64,000 nt of DNA from Escherichia coli (GTDB lineage: Bacteria; Pseudomonadota; Gammaproteobacteria; Enterobacterales; Enterobacteriaceae). The notes beneath the pieces were generated by a model. That model was not told the DNA's origin, made no database searches, and worked only from the letters and a program-made list of their open reading frames with translations. Location: NCBI RefSeq assembly GCF_045037415.1, contig NZ_CP173438.1; one strand, given 5' to 3'. Position numbers and translations under genes: made by a program. Positions 23,110 through 33,722 of this stretch are shown here, one piece after another; positions within the stretch are counted from its first letter, which is position 1; each line of letters opens with the position of its first letter.

Positions 23110-25160
23110 TGAGCGCGCTCAACTCCCTGCCATTACCGGTGGTCAGGCTGCTGGCGTTCTTTCATGAAGAGTTAAGCGAGCGGCGGCCAGGTCGTGTGCC
23201 GCAGACCGTGCAACTCTGGGTAGGCTGCCTACTGGTGATTCTGATCTCGATGACTTTTGAGATCCCTTTTGTGGCGTTATCGCTGGCAGTGCTGTTTTAC
23301 GGTATTCAGTCGAACGCGTTTTACACCAAATTTGTGGCGATCTTGTTTGTGGTTGCCACGGTGCTGGAGATCGGCAGCCTGTTTTTGATCTACAAATGGT
23401 CATACGGCGAACCGTTGATCCGATTGATCATCGCCGGGCCGATCCTGATGGGCTGCATGTTTTTGATGCGCACCCATCGGCTGGGGCTGGTCTTTTTCGC
23501 CGTCGCCATTGTCGCTATTTACGGGCAAACCTTCCCCGCCATGCTCGACTATCCGGAAGTGGTCGTGCGCTTAACCCTGTGGTGTATCGTTGTCGGCCTC
23601 TACCCGACGTTATTGATGACGTTAATCGGCGTGCTGTGGTTTCCCAGCCGCGCTATCACGCAGATGCATCAGGCGCTTAATGATCGGCTTGATGATGCCA
23701 TTAGCCACCTGACGGACAGCCTCGCACCGCTACCCGAAACGCGGATTGAAAGAGAGGCGCTGGCGCTGCAAAAACTCAATGTCTTTTGCCTCGCGGACGA
23801 TGCCAACTGGCGAACTCAGAGCGCATGGTGGCAAAGCTGCGTGGCAACGGTAACCTACATTTACTCGACGCTGAATCGCTACGATCCCACCTCTTTTGCT
23901 GATTCTCAGGCAATTATTGAATTCCGACAAAAATTAGCCTCAGAAATCAACAAACTGCAGCATGCCATTGCCGAAGGTCAGTGCTGGCAAAGCGACTGGC
24001 GGATCACTGAAAGTGAAGCGATGGCGGCACGGGAATGTAACCTGGAGAATATCTGCCAGACATTGTTGCAACTGGGTCAGATGGACCCGAATACGCCGCC
24101 AACGCCCGCCACCAAACCGCCATCAATAGTCGCCGACGCTTTTACCAATCCAGACTATATGCGCTACGCGGTAAAAACGCTGCTCGCCTGTTTGATCTGT
24201 TACACCTTCTACAGCGGCGTGGACTGGGAAGGCATTCACACCTGTATGCTGACCTGCGTGATCGTCGCTAATCCAAATGTCGGTTCGTCGTACCAGAAGA
24301 TGGTGCTGCGTTTTGGCGGGGCCTTTTGCGGCGCGATTCTGGCGCTGTTATTCACGCTACTGGTCATGCCCTGGCTGGACAATATTGTCGAATTGCTGTT
24401 TGTGCTGGCACCGATTTTCCTGTTGGGCGCATGGATTGCCACCAGCTCTGAACGCTCTTCTTATATCGGCACACAGATGGTGGTCACCTTCGCGCTCGCC
24501 ACGCTCGAAAACGTTTTTGGCCCGGTGTACGACCTGGTGGAAATTCGCGATCGCGCTCTGGGTATCATCATTGGTACCGTGGTGTCGGCGGTGATTTACA
24601 CCTTTGTCTGGCCTGAAAGCGAAGCGCGCACGCTGCCGCAAAAACTGGCTGGCGCGCTGGGTATGTTGAGTAAAGTAATGCGGATCCCACGCCAGCAGGA
24701 AGTCACGGCTCTGCGCACTTATCTGCAAATTCGCATAGGTCTGCATGCGGCGTTTAATGCCTGTGAAGAGATGTGCCAACGCGTGGTGCTGGAGCGTCAA
24801 CTGGACAGCGAAGAACGCGCCTTACTGATTGAACGTTCGCAAACGGTTATTCGTCAGGGCCGCGATATTCTTCACGCCTGGGATGCCACCTGGAACTCGG
24901 CGCAGGCGCTGGATAACGCACTACAGCCGGACAGAGCAGGTCAGTTTGCCGACGCACTGGAGAAATACGCCGCTGGTCTGGCAACCGCACTCAGCCGTTC
25001 TCCTCAAATAACGCTTGAAGAAACACCCGCCTCGCAGGCCATCCTGCCCACCTTATTAAAACAGGAGCAACACGTCTGCCAGCTTTTCGCCCGCTTGCCA
25101 GACTGGACAGCCCCGGCATTAACGCCCGCCAAGGAACAGGCACAAGGAGCCACACAATGA
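23109..25160 (+). CDS. mdtO: MdtO, FUSC-family inner-membrane efflux component (683 aa)
   Basis: Multi-TM; ATGA overlap with mdtN. Confidence 0.92.
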   Translation: MSALNSLPLPVVRLLAFFHEELSERRPGRVPQTVQLWVGCLLVILISMTFEIPFVALSLAVLFYGIQSNAFYTKFVAILFVVATVLEIGSLFLIYKWSYGEPLIRLIIAGPILMGCMFLMRTHRLGLVFFAVAIVAIYGQTFPAMLDYPEVVVRLTLWCIVVGLYPTLLMTLIGVLWFPSRAITQMHQALNDRLDDAISHLTDSLAPLPETRIEREALALQKLNVFCLADDANWRTQSAWWQSCVATVTYIYSTLNRYDPTSFADSQAIIEFRQKLASEINKLQHAIAEGQCWQSDWRITESEAMAARECNLENICQTLLQLGQMDPNTPPTPATKPPSIVADAFTNPDYMRYAVKTLLACLICYTFYSGVDWEGIHTCMLTCVIVANPNVGSSYQKMVLRFGGAFCGAILALLFTLLVMPWLDNIVELLFVLAPIFLLGAWIATSSERSSYIGTQMVVTFALATLENVFGPVYDLVEIRDRALGIIIGTVVSAVIYTFVWPESEARTLPQKLAGALGMLSKVMRIPRQQEVTALRTYLQIRIGLHAAFNACEEMCQRVVLERQLDSEERALLIERSQTVIRQGRDILHAWDATWNSAQALDNALQPDRAGQFADALEKYAAGLATALSRSPQITLEETPASQAILPTLLKQEQHVCQLFARLPDWTAPALTPAKEQAQGATQ

Positions 25161-26623
25161 TCAATCGTCAACTTTCACGTCTGCTGTTGTGCAGCATTCT
25201 CGGCAGCACGACGCTGATTTCCGGCTGTGCCCTGGTACGTAAGGATTCTGCGCCTCATCAACAGCTCAAACCGGAACAAATCAAACTGGCCGATGATATT
25301 CATCTTGCCAGCTCCGGCTGGCCGCAGGCGCAGTGGTGGAAACAACTCAATGACCCGCAGCTGGATGCGCTGATCCAACGGACTCTAAATGGTTCACACA
25401 CCCTCGCCGAAGCGAAACTGCGGGAAGAAAAAGCGCAGTCCCAGGCCGATTTGTTAGATGCCGGTTCACAATTACAGGTCGCAGCGTTAGGGATGCTCAA
25501 CCGCCAACGCGTCTCGGCGAACGGCTTTTTAAGCCCTTATGCGATGGATGCGCCAGCACTGGGTATGGACGGGCCGTACTATACGGAAGCCACAGTCGGT
25601 TTGTTTGCCGGACTGGATCTCGATTTGTGGGGTGTGCATCGCTCAGCGGTTGCTGCCGCCATTAGCGCGCATAATGCCGCGCTGGCAGAAACCGCAGCAG
25701 TAGAGCTATCGCTGACCACGGGCGTAGCGCAGCTTTATTACAGTATGCAGGCCAGCTATCAGATGCTCGATCTGTTAGAACAAACTCGCGATGTGATTGA
25801 TTACGCGGTGAAAGCGCACCAGAGTAAAGTGGCGCACGGTCTGGAAGCGCAAGTGCCTTTCCACGGCGCGCGGGCACAGATTCTGGCGGTCGATAAACAA
25901 ATTGCTGCCGTCAAAGGGCAAATCACCGAAACGCGAGAATCTCTGCGTGCATTGATTGGCGCGGGAGCCAGCGATATGCCGGAGATCAAACCGGTGGCAT
26001 TACCGCAAGTCCAGACCGGTATTCCGGCGACACTCTCTTATGAGTTGCTCGCCAGACGCCCGGATCTGCAAGCCATGCGCTGGTATGTTCAGGCGTCATT
26101 AGATCAGGTGGATTCCGCGCGGGCGCTGTTCTATCCGAGCTTTGATATCAAAGCGTTTTTCGGCCTGGATTCTATCCACCTGGATACCTTATTCAAAAAA
26201 ACCAGTCGCCAGTTCAACTTTATCCCAGGTCTGAAATTGCCGCTGTTTGACGGTGGACGGTTGAATGCCAATCTCGAAGGCACTCGCGCCGCCAGCAACA
26301 TGATGATTGAACGTTACAACCAGTCAGTACTGAACGCGGTGCGTGACGTTGCCGTCAACGGCACACGTCTGCAAACGCTCAACGACGAGCGAGAGATGCA
26401 GGCTGAACGCGTAGAAGCAACGCGCTTCACCCAGCGCGCAGCCGAGGCCGCCTACCAACGCGGCTTAACCAGCCGCTTACAGGCCACCGAAGCCCGGTTG
26501 CCAGTGCTTGCCGAAGAGATGTCATTACTGATGCTGGACAGCCGCCGGGTGATCCAAAGCATTCAGTTGATGAAATCGCTGGGCGGCGGGTATCAGGCGG
26601 CTCCCGTCGTCGAGAAAAAATAA
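25157..26623 (+). CDS. mdtP: MdtP, outer-membrane efflux lipoprotein, TolC/NodT family (488 aa)
   Basis: Lipobox LISGCA; overlaps the mdtO stop. Confidence 0.92.
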   Translation: MINRQLSRLLLCSILGSTTLISGCALVRKDSAPHQQLKPEQIKLADDIHLASSGWPQAQWWKQLNDPQLDALIQRTLNGSHTLAEAKLREEKAQSQADLLDAGSQLQVAALGMLNRQRVSANGFLSPYAMDAPALGMDGPYYTEATVGLFAGLDLDLWGVHRSAVAAAISAHNAALAETAAVELSLTTGVAQLYYSMQASYQMLDLLEQTRDVIDYAVKAHQSKVAHGLEAQVPFHGARAQILAVDKQIAAVKGQITETRESLRALIGAGASDMPEIKPVALPQVQTGIPATLSYELLARRPDLQAMRWYVQASLDQVDSARALFYPSFDIKAFFGLDSIHLDTLFKKTSRQFNFIPGLKLPLFDGGRLNANLEGTRAASNMMIERYNQSVLNAVRDVAVNGTRLQTLNDEREMQAERVEATRFTQRAAEAAYQRGLTSRLQATEARLPVLAEEMSLLMLDSRRVIQSIQLMKSLGGGYQAAPVVEKK

Positions 26624-26630
26624 AATGTCT

Positions 26631-26665
26631 ACCGCGTGATGGCTGTCACGCGGTATTTCGTTTCG
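26631..26665 (+). terminator. Intrinsic terminator after mdtP
   Basis: ACCGCGTGA-tggctg-TCACGCGGT hairpin followed by a T-rich tract. Confidence 0.7.
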
Positions 26666-26712
26666 TCACGTCAAAACTGACGACAGCCTGTTTTTCGTCA
26701 GAGTTTTGAATA
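26655..26712 (+). promoter_or_regulatory. Candidate FhlA upstream activating sequence of fdhF
   Basis: TCGTCA...TGACGA inverted repeats (TTTCGTCACGTCAAAACTGACGACA and a second TTCGTCAGAGTTTTGAA) roughly 60-100 bp upstream of the sigma-54 promoter. Confidence 0.45.
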
Positions 26713-26752
26713 AATAGTGCCCGTAATATCAGGGAATGACCCCAAATAAAAT

Positions 26753-26769
26753 GTGGCATAAAAGATGCA
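26753..26769 (+). promoter_or_regulatory. Sigma-54 (-24/-12) promoter of fdhF
   Basis: TGGCATAAAAGATGCA: GG and GC dinucleotides at the correct -24/-12 spacing, about 55 bp upstream of the fdhF ATG. Confidence 0.7.
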
Positions 26770-26820
26770 TACTGTAGTCGAGAGCGCGTATGCGTGATTT
26801 GATTAACTGGAGCGAGACCG

Positions 26821-28968
26821 ATGAAAAAAGTCGTCACGGTTTGCCCCTATTGCGCATCAGGTTGCAAAATCAACCTGGTCGTCGATAACGGCAAAATCGT
26901 CCGGGCGGAGGCAGCGCAGGGGAAAACCAACCAGGGTACCCTGTGTCTGAAGGGTTATTATGGCTGGGACTTCATTAACGATACCCAGATCCTGACCCCG
27001 CGCCTGAAAACCCCCATGATCCGTCGCCAGCGTGGCGGCAAACTCGAACCTGTTTCCTGGGATGAGGCACTGAATTACGTTGCCGAGCGCCTGAGCGCCA
27101 TCAAAGAGAAGTACGGTCCGGATGCCATCCAGACGACCGGCTCCTCGCGCGGTACGGGTAACGAAACCAACTATGTAATGCAAAAATTTGCGCGCGCCGT
27201 TATTGGTACCAATAACGTTGACTGCTGCGCTCGTGTCTGACACGGCCCATCGGTTGCAGGTCTGCACCAATCGGTCGGTAATGGCGCAATGAGCAATGCT
27301 ATTAACGAAATTGATAATACCGATTTAGTGTTCGTTTTCGGGTATAACCCGGCGGATTCCCACCCAATCGTGGCGAATCACGTAATTAACGCTAAACGTA
27401 ACGGGGCGAAAATTATCGTCTGCGATCCGCGCAAAATTGAAACCGCGCGCATTGCTGACATGCACATTGCACTGAAAAACGGCTCGAACATCGCGCTGTT
27501 GAATGCGATGGGCCATGTCATTATTGAAGAAAATCTGTACGACAAAGCGTTCGTCGCTTCCCGTACAGAAGGCTTTGAAGAGTATCGTAAAATCGTTGAA
27601 GGCTACACGCCGGAGTCGGTTGAAGATATCACCGGCGTCAGCGCCAGTGAGATTCGTCAGGCGGCGCGGATGTATGCCCAGGCAGAAAGCGCCGCCATCC
27701 TGTGGGGCATGGGGGTAACCCAGTTCTATCAGGGCGTGGAAACCGTGCGTTCTCTGACCAGCCTCGCGATGCTGACCGGTAACCTCGGTAAGCCACATGC
27801 GGGTGTAAACCCGGTTCGTGGTCAGAACAACGTGCAGGGTGCCTGCGATATGGGCGCGCTGCCGGATACGTATCCGGGCTATCAGTACGTGAAAGATCCG
27901 GCTAACCGCGAGAAATTTGCCAAAGCCTGGGGCGTAGAGAGCCTGCCAGCGCATACCGGTTATCGTATCAGCGAGCTGCCGCACCGCGTGGCGCATGGTG
28001 AAGTGAGAGCGGCGTACATTATGGGCGAAGATCCGCTGCAAACTGACGCGGAACTGTCGGCAGTACGTAAAGCCTTTGAAGATCTGGAACTGGTTATCGT
28101 TCAGGACATCTTTATGACCAAAACCGCGTCGGCGGCGGATGTCATTTTACCGTCAACGTCGTGGGGCGAGCATGAAGGCGTGTTTACTGCGGCTGACCGT
28201 GGCTTCCAGCGTTTCTTCAAGGCGGTTGAGCCGAAGTGGGATCTGAAAACGGACTGGCAAATCATCAGTGAAATTGCCACTCGTATGGGTTATCCGATGC
28301 ACTACAACAACACCCAGGAGATCTGGGATGAGTTGCGTCATCTGTGCCCGGATTTCTACGGTGCGACTTACGAGAAAATGGGCGAACTGGGCTTCATTCA
28401 GTGGCCTTGCCGCGATACTTCAGATGCCGATCAGGGGACTTCTTATCTGTTTAAAGAGAAGTTTGATACCCCGAACGGTCTGGCGCAGTTCTTCACCTGC
28501 GACTGGGTAGCGCCAATCGACAAACTCACCGACGAATACCCGATGGTACTGTCAACGGTGCGTGAAGTTGGTCACTACTCTTGCCGTTCGATGACCGGTA
28601 ACTGTGCGGCACTGGCGGCGCTGGCTGATGAACCTGGCTACGCACAAATCAATACCGAAGACGCCAAACGTCTGGGTATTGAAGATGAGGCATTGGTTTG
28701 GGTGCACTCGCGTAAAGGCAAAATTATCACCCGTGCGCAGGTCAGCGATCGTCCGAACAAAGGGGCGATTTACATGACCTACCAGTGGTGGATTGGTGCC
28801 TGTAACGAGCTGGTGACCGAAAACTTAAGCCCGATTACGAAAACGCCGGAATACAAATACTGCGCCGTGCGCGTCGAGCCGATCGCCGATCAGCGCGCCG
28901 CCGAGCAGTACGTGATTGACGAGTACAACAAGTTGAAAACTCGCCTGCGCGAAGCGGCACTGGCGTAA
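26821..28968 (+). CDS. fdhF: FdhF, formate dehydrogenase H, selenocysteine at codon 140 (715 aa)
   Basis: Two in-frame six-frame ORFs (26821-27240 and 27289-28968) separated only by TGA at 27238-27240; N-terminal Fe-S cysteines (CPYCASGC) and molybdopterin oxidoreductase body. Confidence 0.95.
27241..27285 (+). other. SECIS stem-loop directing selenocysteine insertion at the fdhF UGA
   Basis: CACGGCCCATCGGTTGCAGGTCTGCACCAATCGGTCGGTAATGGC immediately 3' of the in-frame TGA; matches the fdhF SECIS as recalled. Confidence 0.85.
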
Positions 28969-29021
28969 TACCGCTTAAACTCACGTTAAAAGCGGTGATA
29001 TTACCCAACGCCTTTGTATCA

Positions 29022-29057
29022 ATCCGGAAACGACTCTCTGTTTCCGGATTTTTTTAT
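29022..29057 (+). terminator. Intrinsic terminator after fdhF
   Basis: ATCCGGAAAC-gactctct-GTTTCCGGAT hairpin followed by TTTTTTTAT. Confidence 0.85.
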
Positions 29058-29342
29058 ACATACCTGCGCAGTCAAACCAGCCTATCCTGGTTATTAGCGA
29101 CGTCTTCTCGGTTGTTCTTCTATTCCAGTCACGATTGCAAATGAGAATTATCTTTACTCAATTCTCATCGCGGCCTAACGTAATAATACTTTACATTTGA
29201 TGAACCAAATTTCGGTAAGGTGAGAAATCATCGACCGTTTAACTCGTTCTATTAACGGGATATTTTGGCGCGATTAATGCAACAAAACCCCGTCTGATAG
29301 AATATTAATAACCTCAAAGTAATTTCAGGGATTGGGAAGCAT

Positions 29343-30911
29343 ATGATTAAAAAACTATTACCTTTACTGGTTTTAAGCACAATTTCCGCCACAACCGTTG
29401 CCGCTACACCGCCTAATACGTTGGTTGTAGCCCAGGGGCTGGATGATATTGTGAGCCTGGACCCGGCAGAAGCTAATGAACTCTCAAGTATTCAGACTGT
29501 ACCAAGTCTGTATCAACGCGTAGTGCAACCGGACCGTAATGATCCGACGAAAATTACTCCGATTCTGGCGGAAAGTTGGCAGGCTGACCCCGCAGCCAAA
29601 ACGCTAACCATAAAACTGAAAAGCGATGCGAAATTTGCCTCTGGTAATCCGGTACGCCCGGAAGATGTGATTTACTCTTATGTCCGGGCTGTCACACTGA
29701 ATAAATCCGGTGCGTTTATTCTCAATGTGCTGGGATGGCAGCCGGAAAATATCGCCAGCCAGTTGAAGAAAATCGATGACCATACCGTCCAGGTGCAATG
29801 GAGTGCCGACGTCAGCCCGGCTCTGGCACTGAATATTCTCTCCACACCAATCGCCTCAATTGTTGACGAGAAGCTGGTTGCGCCAAACGCCAAAAATAAC
29901 GACTTTGGTAATGAATGGCTGAAGATGCATTCCGCTGGCAGCGGCGCGTTTAAAATGCGTACTTACCAACCGCATCAGGCCATCGTGATGGAAGCCAACG
30001 CCAGCTCACCAACCGGCGCCCCGAAACTGAAAAGCGTCATCATCAAAAATGTTCCCGATCCGGCAACACGTCGCCTGCTGATCCAACAAGGTGATGCTGA
30101 TATGGCTCGTGATCTGGGAGCCGATCAAATCGATGCATTACAGGGTAAACCTGGCGTAAAAGTGATGAGCATTGCCTCCGCCGAACAGAACTACCTGGCC
30201 TTCAATACCGGTAACAAGGATAACCCGCTGATGAGTAATCCTGCGTTCTGGGAGGCCGCTCGCTGGTTGGTCGATTACGACGGCATCACCAAAAATCTCT
30301 TAAAAGGACAATATTTTACCCATCAGAGTTTCCTGCCCGTGGGCTTTCCTGGAGCACTGGAAGAAACACCGTTTACCTTTAATCCAGCCAAAGCAAAAGA
30401 GATCCTCGCTAAAGCCGGAATCAAAGACCCGCACTTCACGCTTGATGTCGAAAATAAACCGCCATTTATTACCATCGCGCAGTCAATTCAGGCCAGCTTT
30501 GCTCAGGGCGGTGTAAAAGTTGATTTGCTGCCAGCCGCAGGGAGTCAGGTCTACTCTCGCGTTCGCGCCCACCAGCATCAGGGGGCCATTCGTATGTGGT
30601 TGCCTGATTATTTTGACGCACATTCCAACGCCAGCTCTTTCGCCTATAACGATGGCAAATCCAGCACCGTTGCCGGGTTAAACGGCTGGAAAATCCCGGA
30701 ACTGAACAAAGAAACGCTGGCGGCCATCGCTGAACCTGATAGCACTAAACGTCTTGATTTGTATAAGAAAATGCAACAAGAACTACAACGTAGTTCCCCG
30801 TATGTCTTTATTGATCAAGGCAAAACGCAAATTGTCATGCGTGATAATGTGCAGGGGTATCAACAAGGGTTGAATGCCGATATGGTCTGGTTTGATCAGG
30901 TAACCAAATAA
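29343..30911 (+). CDS. ABC transporter periplasmic substrate-binding protein, SBP family 5 (Opp/Dpp/Nik type), 522 aa
   Basis: ATG at 29343 after GGGAAG; signal peptide MIKKLLPLLVLSTISATTVAA; size typical of NikA/DppA-type binding proteins. Confidence 0.85.
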   Translation: MIKKLLPLLVLSTISATTVAATPPNTLVVAQGLDDIVSLDPAEANELSSIQTVPSLYQRVVQPDRNDPTKITPILAESWQADPAAKTLTIKLKSDAKFASGNPVRPEDVIYSYVRAVTLNKSGAFILNVLGWQPENIASQLKKIDDHTVQVQWSADVSPALALNILSTPIASIVDEKLVAPNAKNNDFGNEWLKMHSAGSGAFKMRTYQPHQAIVMEANASSPTGAPKLKSVIIKNVPDPATRRLLIQQGDADMARDLGADQIDALQGKPGVKVMSIASAEQNYLAFNTGNKDNPLMSNPAFWEAARWLVDYDGITKNLLKGQYFTHQSFLPVGFPGALEETPFTFNPAKAKEILAKAGIKDPHFTLDVENKPPFITIAQSIQASFAQGGVKVDLLPAAGSQVYSRVRAHQHQGAIRMWLPDYFDAHSNASSFAYNDGKSSTVAGLNGWKIPELNKETLAAIAEPDSTKRLDLYKKMQQELQRSSPYVFIDQGKTQIVMRDNVQGYQQGLNADMVWFDQVTK

Positions 30912-31010
30912 CCCTGTATGCAACTCGCGTCCAGCCATGTTACCGGGCGCGGTACCAGGGCTGGCCTGTATTGCAGGCCAGCCGCTGATTTATCACTGTA
31001 TGGAAAGATC

Positions 31011-32060
31011 ATGTCTGTCGTTTTTTCCACTCGCGCAAGATGGCGAGGCAAACGCCCTCTGCTCGCGCTGTTGCAAGGGCTGTTTACCGTTGCTCTGACG
31101 CTACTCGGCCTGCTGCTGATTACCTTTGCGCTTTCGGCTCTCTCACCGGTCGATCGCGTACTACAAATCGTTGGCGATCACGCCAGCCAGTCCACCTATG
31201 ATCAGGTACGCCACCAGTTAGGATTGGATCAGCCGTTAGCCGTCCAGTTCTGGCATTACCTGATGAATCTGGCACACGGCGATCTGGGCATCGCCAGCTC
31301 CACCGGGCAACCAGTACTCCAGGACTTGCTATCAGCATTCCCGGCGACCATTGAACTGGCAACGTTGGCGCTTATTGTCGGTGCTGTTGTCGGCGTCATT
31401 GCGGGTGTACTTTGCGCCCGTTATGTCGGTTCTCCGCTGGATTTCACCGTGCGAACATTAACTCTACTGGGAAATTCCGTCCCTGTTTTTTGGCTTGGTC
31501 TGCTGATGCTGGCGCTGTTCTACGCCAGACTGCAATGGAGTGCCGGGCCGGGCAGGCTGGATGATATTTATCAATTCACCATAGAACCCCGCAGCGGATT
31601 TGCGCTGATTGATACGTGGCTTTCTGGCGATCGCGAGGCATTTACCAATGCAATCAACCATTTGATACTTCCGGTTTTATTACTGGCGTACTTCTCGCTC
31701 GCCAGTATTACGCGCCTGACTCGTTCCGCCTGTCTTGGCGAAATGAATAAAGAATATATTCTGCTGGCGCGCGCCAAAGGGGCCAGCGAGATGACAATTT
31801 TGCTACGTCATGTTTTACCCAACATTCGCGGCACCTTGCTCACCGTTATCGCCCTCGCCTATACATCAATGCTGGAAGGCGCGGTACTGACAGAAACCGT
31901 CTTTTCATGGCCAGGTATTGGGCGCTACCTCACTACAGCGCTCTTCGCGGGTGATACCACAGCAATCATGGGAGGAACGCTGCTGATTGGCGTCTGCTTT
32001 GTGTTGATAAATAACTTAACCGACCTGCTGGTCCGGCTGACCGATCCGAGGTTACGCTGA
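31011..32060 (+). CDS. ABC transporter permease (DppB/NikB-like), about 349 aa
   Basis: Multi-TM; start at the in-frame ATG at 31011 after a hairpin (30976-30988); the six-frame ORF extends upstream to 30918, so the start is uncertain. Confidence 0.75.
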   Translation: MSVVFSTRARWRGKRPLLALLQGLFTVALTLLGLLLITFALSALSPVDRVLQIVGDHASQSTYDQVRHQLGLDQPLAVQFWHYLMNLAHGDLGIASSTGQPVLQDLLSAFPATIELATLALIVGAVVGVIAGVLCARYVGSPLDFTVRTLTLLGNSVPVFWLGLLMLALFYARLQWSAGPGRLDDIYQFTIEPRSGFALIDTWLSGDREAFTNAINHLILPVLLLAYFSLASITRLTRSACLGEMNKEYILLARAKGASEMTILLRHVLPNIRGTLLTVIALAYTSMLEGAVLTETVFSWPGIGRYLTTALFAGDTTAIMGGTLLIGVCFVLINNLTDLLVRLTDPRLR

Positions 32061-32893
32061 TGCCGATGTTTCTCTTTTTACGCCGTTTACGCCATTCACC
32101 CGCCGCGTTTTGCGGGTTGATAATTATCCTGTTATTGATGCTAATTGCGCTCTTCGCGCCGTGGCTGGCACCTCACGATCCTAACTGGCAGGATGCGGCG
32201 GCGCGATTACAAGCACCGAGTCGTCAGCACTGGCTCGGCACTGACAGTTACGGGCGAGACCTACTTTCACGTTTAATCTACGGCAGCCGCCCGGCACTGG
32301 GGCTGGTGGCATTGGTGACAATCATTACACTCCCGGTCGGTCTGCTGATTGGCATTTTAGCCGGGTACTACGGCGGCTGGCTGGAACGCGTGCTGATGCG
32401 TTTTACTGACATAGTAATGTCAATGCCGCGTTTAATTCTGGCTTTTGCTTTTGTTGCCATGCTGGGGCCGGGGCTGGTTAACGGCGCACTGGCCCTTGCA
32501 TTAACCACCTGGCCTGCTTATGCGCGTCAGGCACGGAGTGAGATCCAACGTCTGCGACACAGTGATTATCTTGCCGCCGCAGAAATGATGGGCATCCGCG
32601 GCAGGCGTCTGCTGGCTGGTCATATTTTGCCATTGTGCCTGCCATCTGCCATTGTCCGTCTGGCGCTGGATTTAGCGGGTATCATTCTGGCGGCTGCTGG
32701 TCTGGGTTTTCTTGGGCTTGGTGCTCGCCCGCCAATGGCGGAATGGGGAGCCATGATCGCCGACGGTATGCAGGTCATTTTTGATCAATGGTGGATTGCC
32801 GCCGCTCCCGGCGCAATTATCTTAATTGCCAGTCTGGCCTTTAATCTGCTGGGTGATGGCTTGCGCGATGTTCTGGAGCCTCAACATGACTGA
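32060..32893 (+). CDS. ABC transporter permease (DppC/NikC-like), 277 aa
   Basis: Multi-TM; start overlaps the previous stop. Confidence 0.85.
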   Translation: MPMFLFLRRLRHSPAAFCGLIIILLLMLIALFAPWLAPHDPNWQDAAARLQAPSRQHWLGTDSYGRDLLSRLIYGSRPALGLVALVTIITLPVGLLIGILAGYYGGWLERVLMRFTDIVMSMPRLILAFAFVAMLGPGLVNGALALALTTWPAYARQARSEIQRLRHSDYLAAAEMMGIRGRRLLAGHILPLCLPSAIVRLALDLAGIILAAAGLGFLGLGARPPMAEWGAMIADGMQVIFDQWWIAAAPGAIILIASLAFNLLGDGLRDVLEPQHD

Positions 32894-33722
32894 CTCACGT
32901 CTTAGTATCAACAATCTCTGCGTCGATTATCCGGAGTCCCGGGTCGTCAACAATGTCAGTTTTACATTAGGCAATGAACGTCTGGCGCTGGTCGGTGAGT
33001 CGGGTTCAGGTAAGTCCATGACCGCCCGCGCCCTGATGGGGCTGGTGCGTAAACCGGGTGTAGTAACCGCGGACACACTTAACATTCTGGGGCGTGATGC
33101 ACTCACCCTTAACGCGCGTGGATGGCAACAGTTGCGCGGTAACGATATCGCGATGGTATTGCAAGATCCGCGTTACGCGCTTAATCCAGTAAAGACAGTA
33201 AAAGCGCAACTGGAAGAGGCGCTTACGCTCCATCAACGTCTGAACCGCCGCGAGAAAGAAGAGAAAATAAACACCGCAATTCAGGCTGTCGGCCTCAATA
33301 CGCGAGTACTGCAAAGCTATCCTCGTGAACTTTCTGGCGGCATGGGGCAGCGAGTGATGATTGCAATTGCGCTCATCAACGATCCCCGGGTATTGATTGC
33401 CGATGAGCCAACATCAGCACTAGATGTGCGCCTGCGTAATCAGATTCTGGAACTGCTGGTTACCCAGTGTGAACAACGTCAGATGGCAATGTTGCTGATC
33501 AGTCACGACCTGCCATTAGTTGCCCAATTTTGCCATCGGGTGCTGGTGATGTATCAGGGAAATAAGGTGGATGAAATGCACGCTGCTGCGCTACCTACAG
33601 CAACGCATCCTTACACGCGCACACTGTGGACTTGCCGCCCAAATGCACAAACTTACGGGCAGATGCTGCCGACGCTGGACAGGACGGCAATGACGCCGGA
33701 GAAATACCATGACGATTGTTGA
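32886..33722 (+). CDS. ABC transporter ATP-binding protein (DppD/NikD-like), 278 aa
   Basis: ATG at 32886 overlapping the permease stop; Walker A GESGSGKS, signature LSGGMGQR, Walker B LIADEP. Confidence 0.85.
   Translation: MTDSRLSINNLCVDYPESRVVNNVSFTLGNERLALVGESGSGKSMTARALMGLVRKPGVVTADTLNILGRDALTLNARGWQQLRGNDIAMVLQDPRYALNPVKTVKAQLEEALTLHQRLNRREKEEKINTAIQAVGLNTRVLQSYPRELSGGMGQRVMIAIALINDPRVLIADEPTSALDVRLRNQILELLVTQCEQRQMAMLLISHDLPLVAQFCHRVLVMYQGNKVDEMHAAALPTATHPYTRTLWTCRPNAQTYGQMLPTLDRTAMTPEKYHDDC

Noticed and set aside
30918-31010. Upstream in-frame start for the first ABC permease (MQLASSHVTGRG...)
   Set aside because: The extension contains a hairpin and is not hydrophobic; ATG 31011 lies just before the first TM segment. 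The start remains uncertain.
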